Shown here in pieces: positions 61,601 to 64,000 of a stretch of DNA of 64,000 nt. Origin of the DNA: Pelagomonas calceolata (taxonomy: Eukaryota); contig CAKKNE010000005.1 in assembly GCA_918797485.1 (NCBI GenBank), positions 4,526,001 through 4,590,000 of the forward strand, read 5' to 3'. How positions within the stretch are numbered: position 1 is the stretch's first letter; every line of letters begins with the position of its first letter. Position numbers and translations under genes: made by a program. Below the pieces are notes generated by a model that saw only the letters and a list, made by a program, of their open reading frames with translations, made no database searches and was not told the DNA's origin.

Positions 61601-63877
61601 TCTAGAGGGCTCCGCGTCCATGCGTTTTGCAGGGATTGTAATCGCTTTCTTCCCCTTGCCGATCTTGACCTCCTCCATGAAGAGGCCCACACTTGTCAAG
61701 GGCTTCTTGACGTCGTAGAGGCAGTCCCTCAGTTTGAGGGATGAGGTTATCTCTCCGGCCGCCCTTGAGAAGGCCCGGAGCCCTTCCGCACCTAAGGGGT
61801 TGCCGTCGAGGACCAACTCCGTCAGACTAGTATTCTTTCTCAAATGAGACGCAAACACAGAAGCGCAGCGCGGGCCGCCTCCGTTGTATCTTACGTCGAG
61901 GCGCTTCAGCGTTTTATTCGTGCTGAGACACGTGGCCAGGTGCTGCAGGCCGACATCTCCTAATGAATTGAACCCCATTGCGACATTCTCCAACGTCGTA
62001 TTCTGCGATAATAAAGCAGCGAAGACGGCGCCGTCCTTTTCTCCGATGCGATTCCACGACAGGTCGACATGAGTTAAGGAAGACGAGGCCCCTAAACAAG
62101 CGATCAACTCCAAACACCCGCAGCCGTTCTTCGTGAGTAATTCCAACCCGACCGCAACACCACCTAAGACCTTAGATTGAGCCACCTTTTTCTTGAGCTC
62201 GGGCCGCGCGTCCAAGAAACTCCGTTTCGACTGGGCCCACCCTTTGGAGTCCCCAATACTGTTTTTGGTGTGGTGTGCTTTCTTGTCATGCGCCTTGGTC
62301 GTCGCTTCTGATGTAGTTCGCATGACCGCGAGGGCCGACGCGCCGTTCGTGTCAGTCGCGCCGCCGAGACCATTACCCGCCACATCCAAGACCTTGAGCG
62401 TCTTGGACTTCGCACATTGTTCCAAGATAGGTGCCAATTCCGCGTCGTCGAGATCCGCGTCCGCCAGACCGAGCGACACTATCCCACATTTCTCATGGCT
62501 CAAAACTTCGGCCAGCTTCCTGGCCGAGGCATCGTCCAGGTCGTTGGCCGACAGATCCAGGGTCTTGAGCTTCGGGCCTATTTTGATGCATGAATCTAAC
62601 AACGGCGTTAATGCATCGTCGCTCCACCGATTGCCCGCCGCGAGCAATTCACCTATTTCTGGTAATTTTGGCAGTACTCGAGCTAATGCCTCACCCAACA
62701 CATCGCCCAAGGAACGATGCGACAGATCTAGGGCCGTGGAGTCCGGCCTCGCTAATGCTTCGGCTCTTGTGGAAGGAGGCGTCTCCCGTATCAGGATGCA
62801 CTCCGGCGGTAATTGTAAGCGAGCGAGCTCCGCGAGGAAGTCGTGCCTCGGCGAGTTTAATGGTGCAAGTAAGCCCGGTTCCCTCTCATTGTCTGAGTCT
62901 AGCTCCGCGTCGAAGGGAACGGGGCCCTTTACCGTAATTTCATCTGTGGTTCTAACATAACAAGCCTGCTGCGAGATCCTCCGGAACGCTTTCCGGAACT
63001 TGTCCCGCGCACCGTCGCCAAAATACGTGTCTATGACAGAAGGTGACAAGCGCTGCGTGCAGGCCTCGTCGGGGAACGGGTAGACTTTTGGAGCGGGCGT
63101 TGGAGGTGGTGTAGGTGGCGGTGTCGGCGGCGGCGTCGGGATGCGAGGAGGTGGTATGGTAGAATCGGGCTGAATGTCCAATATATCATCATAACCCTTC
63201 TGTCGTAACCGGTGGTTCTCCGCAAAGACATCGCCCAGGTCCTCCTCGATTGCGCCCTTTGACAGGACGGGAGCCACTGAGATGCCTTGCACGAAAGACA
63301 CCTGCAGCGGCCCCGCTCGAGGGGGCAGGGGCTTCTTGCCTCCCCTCAAATAGGCCTTTCGCGCGTCCGCGCCTCGTAAGTATTGACGAGGTAGGTCCTT
63401 TCCAGTGATGGGCTCCAAGATGGGATTCAAATCAACCCTATCGGGAGCGTAGATCCGCAGCCCGTCGGCCCAGGACGCTAATTCAGTAACCGTATCTGAT
63501 AAATCATACGCTTTCAGCGTTTGGGCTCTACGACGAACCTTGGCGAGTTTCAGGACCGTACTGCCAATGGGCAATTCTTCCGGCGGCTTTTCGTCGTGGA
63601 TGCTCTTCTTCTTCGGCGGGTCCGGGCGCGAGATGGCGTCTATTCTTTTCCCGCGGATCTTCACGCTGTAGGGCGTCTTGTCCCGGCGCTTCTCGTACTC
63701 GTCTCGCACTTTACTCCGGTTCCGCGCGATGCCCGTGTCGAAACTAATAGTACATCCCTTCAAAGTCTCGGGGCTGAGCGGCTTTTGCGATTTTTTCGTA
63801 ACATTTGATAAATGCGACTCCGCGTAGGACGCGGCGGGCGTCGTGTCGAAGGACACGCGGCTGCCCTGGCGCGACAT
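58601..63877 (-). CDS. Large RNI-like leucine-rich-repeat protein (1758 aa)
   Basis: Repeated LxxLDLSxNxLxD motifs (LKTLDLSANDLDD, LTHVDLSWNRIGE, LTELVLDGNPLG); a Y.L.L..P..R..A..L segment occurs three times in the C-terminal half. Confidence 0.88.
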   Translation of the reverse strand: MSRQGSRVSFDTTPAASYAESHLSNVTKKSQKPLSPETLKGCTISFDTGIARNRSKVRDEYEKRRDKTPYSVKIRGKRIDAISRPDPPKKKSIHDEKPPEELPIGSTVLKLAKVRRRAQTLKAYDLSDTVTELASWADGLRIYAPDRVDLNPILEPITGKDLPRQYLRGADARKAYLRGGKKPLPPRAGPLQVSFVQGISVAPVLSKGAIEEDLGDVFAENHRLRQKGYDDILDIQPDSTIPPPRIPTPPPTPPPTPPPTPAPKVYPFPDEACTQRLSPSVIDTYFGDGARDKFRKAFRRISQQACYVRTTDEITVKGPVPFDAELDSDNEREPGLLAPLNSPRHDFLAELARLQLPPECILIRETPPSTRAEALARPDSTALDLSHRSLGDVLGEALARVLPKLPEIGELLAAGNRWSDDALTPLLDSCIKIGPKLKTLDLSANDLDDASARKLAEVLSHEKCGIVSLGLADADLDDAELAPILEQCAKSKTLKVLDVAGNGLGGATDTNGASALAVMRTTSEATTKAHDKKAHHTKNSIGDSKGWAQSKRSFLDARPELKKKVAQSKVLGGVAVGLELLTKNGCGCLELIACLGASSSLTHVDLSWNRIGEKDGAVFAALLSQNTTLENVAMGFNSLGDVGLQHLATCLSTNKTLKRLDVRYNGGGPRCASVFASHLRKNTSLTELVLDGNPLGAEGLRAFSRAAGEITSSLKLRDCLYDVKKPLTSVGLFMEEVKIGKGKKAITIPAKRMDAEPSRSLALAKARGSWGKELPDLQHHEAYDADTLQKVNDAQKAVEHSTPLNMKETLWDPATPRGFYQLELDDPYERSVAEDILELCGKRPGLSLTDVVMADGVEELRKPEHFKTKLTLRVEPPPKEYSNDEFLPLPDVNEREEDEADELLRESLIEQGKDACLRVLVKGRTPTNERTVGQIVDGEDNAFTLPPMEEGGCLRFRLSTTPRASSVLEAPSANGLEALVKCMREDTERGASAEDAVDVWTRDWRLLSCQVPRLMEALQKTPPENVLSILLPRLVDDAGAEALMEPLSRPQQSVLLRKLGRYGSVFFGARNGKYELDLSDPLHQECARRLASRSSAERRWCLQQLPEELPVPPEGAPFILDQPPITKPTEAQKATFFGEGSEQRYGSGCFRNVSYGNIQLTGVVGDDFLGAIIEARAPRGTLRFDYSSLMPVAEGETLPNAAFRRTLDECGLPLDAVVLAGKIGRSYLESVDEDAGDAKWRARAKVIDERFLHDIDTGAHDPSNPMAFLEAASPLDVGTAVAPVAAALRSVKEDATGVIAGPAAAVLRAVQRAGTFTAEDLGESGDPEAPATPATRLREVLAKAYVDVGAWDGAVEALWAELSRRESCLGVEKGKLVRVAHAVRVRVVAGGRCILRVRGLEAGEIDTRTFLGVSMPVLQKSSGRVCTQQSPAAAAAALAKQAVLEPLGLTKAKLVDRGACESGVAPRAPHQLPGVATRVTYHFYDVVLDGFEDRAAEREAEALLDAASRDPAEKWRFVDRCFGDDVPTPPTDCAAALESLRRRLAQTKLTSQQLCVCAALFPAAAVDEIYYRDEVLAGLAHLVVDFEHLESTAKAAPCHLNEEAWRRIVRRLGVLNVKDPRALGGTYNLNLQQPDERRCAGVLMALVEDLSVEQPPAPKKKGKKKEPVVVIPPKDPTPGTAFLRDLVFRPTEKADPEPGWVLPKVWRATKGENIGIPTVGRLACAYEPGDREVEDAEERRNVVEELRPWFKVGLPRPA

Positions 63878-64000
63878 GCTTGTGTTGCGTGGGGCTGTGA
63901 GAGCAGCCCAGAGGTGCTTGCCAAGAGGTGCTGCCCAGGCGCACGGCTACCGATGCGCAGCAGAGTGGTGGATGGCGCGTGACCAAGTATTGCTGCCCGC

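Noticed and set aside
1..64000. Autonomous transposase, tRNA or rRNA genes
   Set aside because: No DDE/hAT, reverse transcriptase or Rep/helicase motifs and no RNA-gene signatures recognised by eye; divergent ones among the orphans cannot be excluded.

Overview
Gene-dense, GC-rich eukaryotic DNA, inferred to be a pelagophyte stramenopile (Pelagomonas/Aureococcus-like) from its introner elements, GC-AG introns and expanded MYND-RINGv-TPR family. It holds about 35 genes or gene fragments separated by very short spacers. Recognisable genes include Fcf2, APE2, a U-box protein, an amino-acid transporter, a class II HDAC, methylmalonyl-CoA mutase, MPDU1-like, PX, NIFK/Nop15, CMC4, START, SET, PAP2, sulfotransferase, Ap4A phosphorylase, a 4-domain voltage-gated channel and a large LRR protein, plus several orphans. 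Nine or ten MITE-like introners (15-bp TIRs CTGTGTGGAAATCAA, 8-bp TSDs) split ORFs, and removing them restores frame in every case. Main leads: (1) a GT25 + F-box-like + JMJD6-type JmjC fusion revealed by splicing; (2) a 24-bp imperfect palindrome GCTAGTGTCTTACAGG(C/A)CGCTAGC at 10 intergenic loci near start codons; (3) two apparently bicistronic small-ORF pairs; (4) a channel with an E/D/D/N filter and a WD40 tail; (5) a 123-bp inverted duplication bracketing a possible inversion. All calls come from reading the sequence by eye; no database searches were run.
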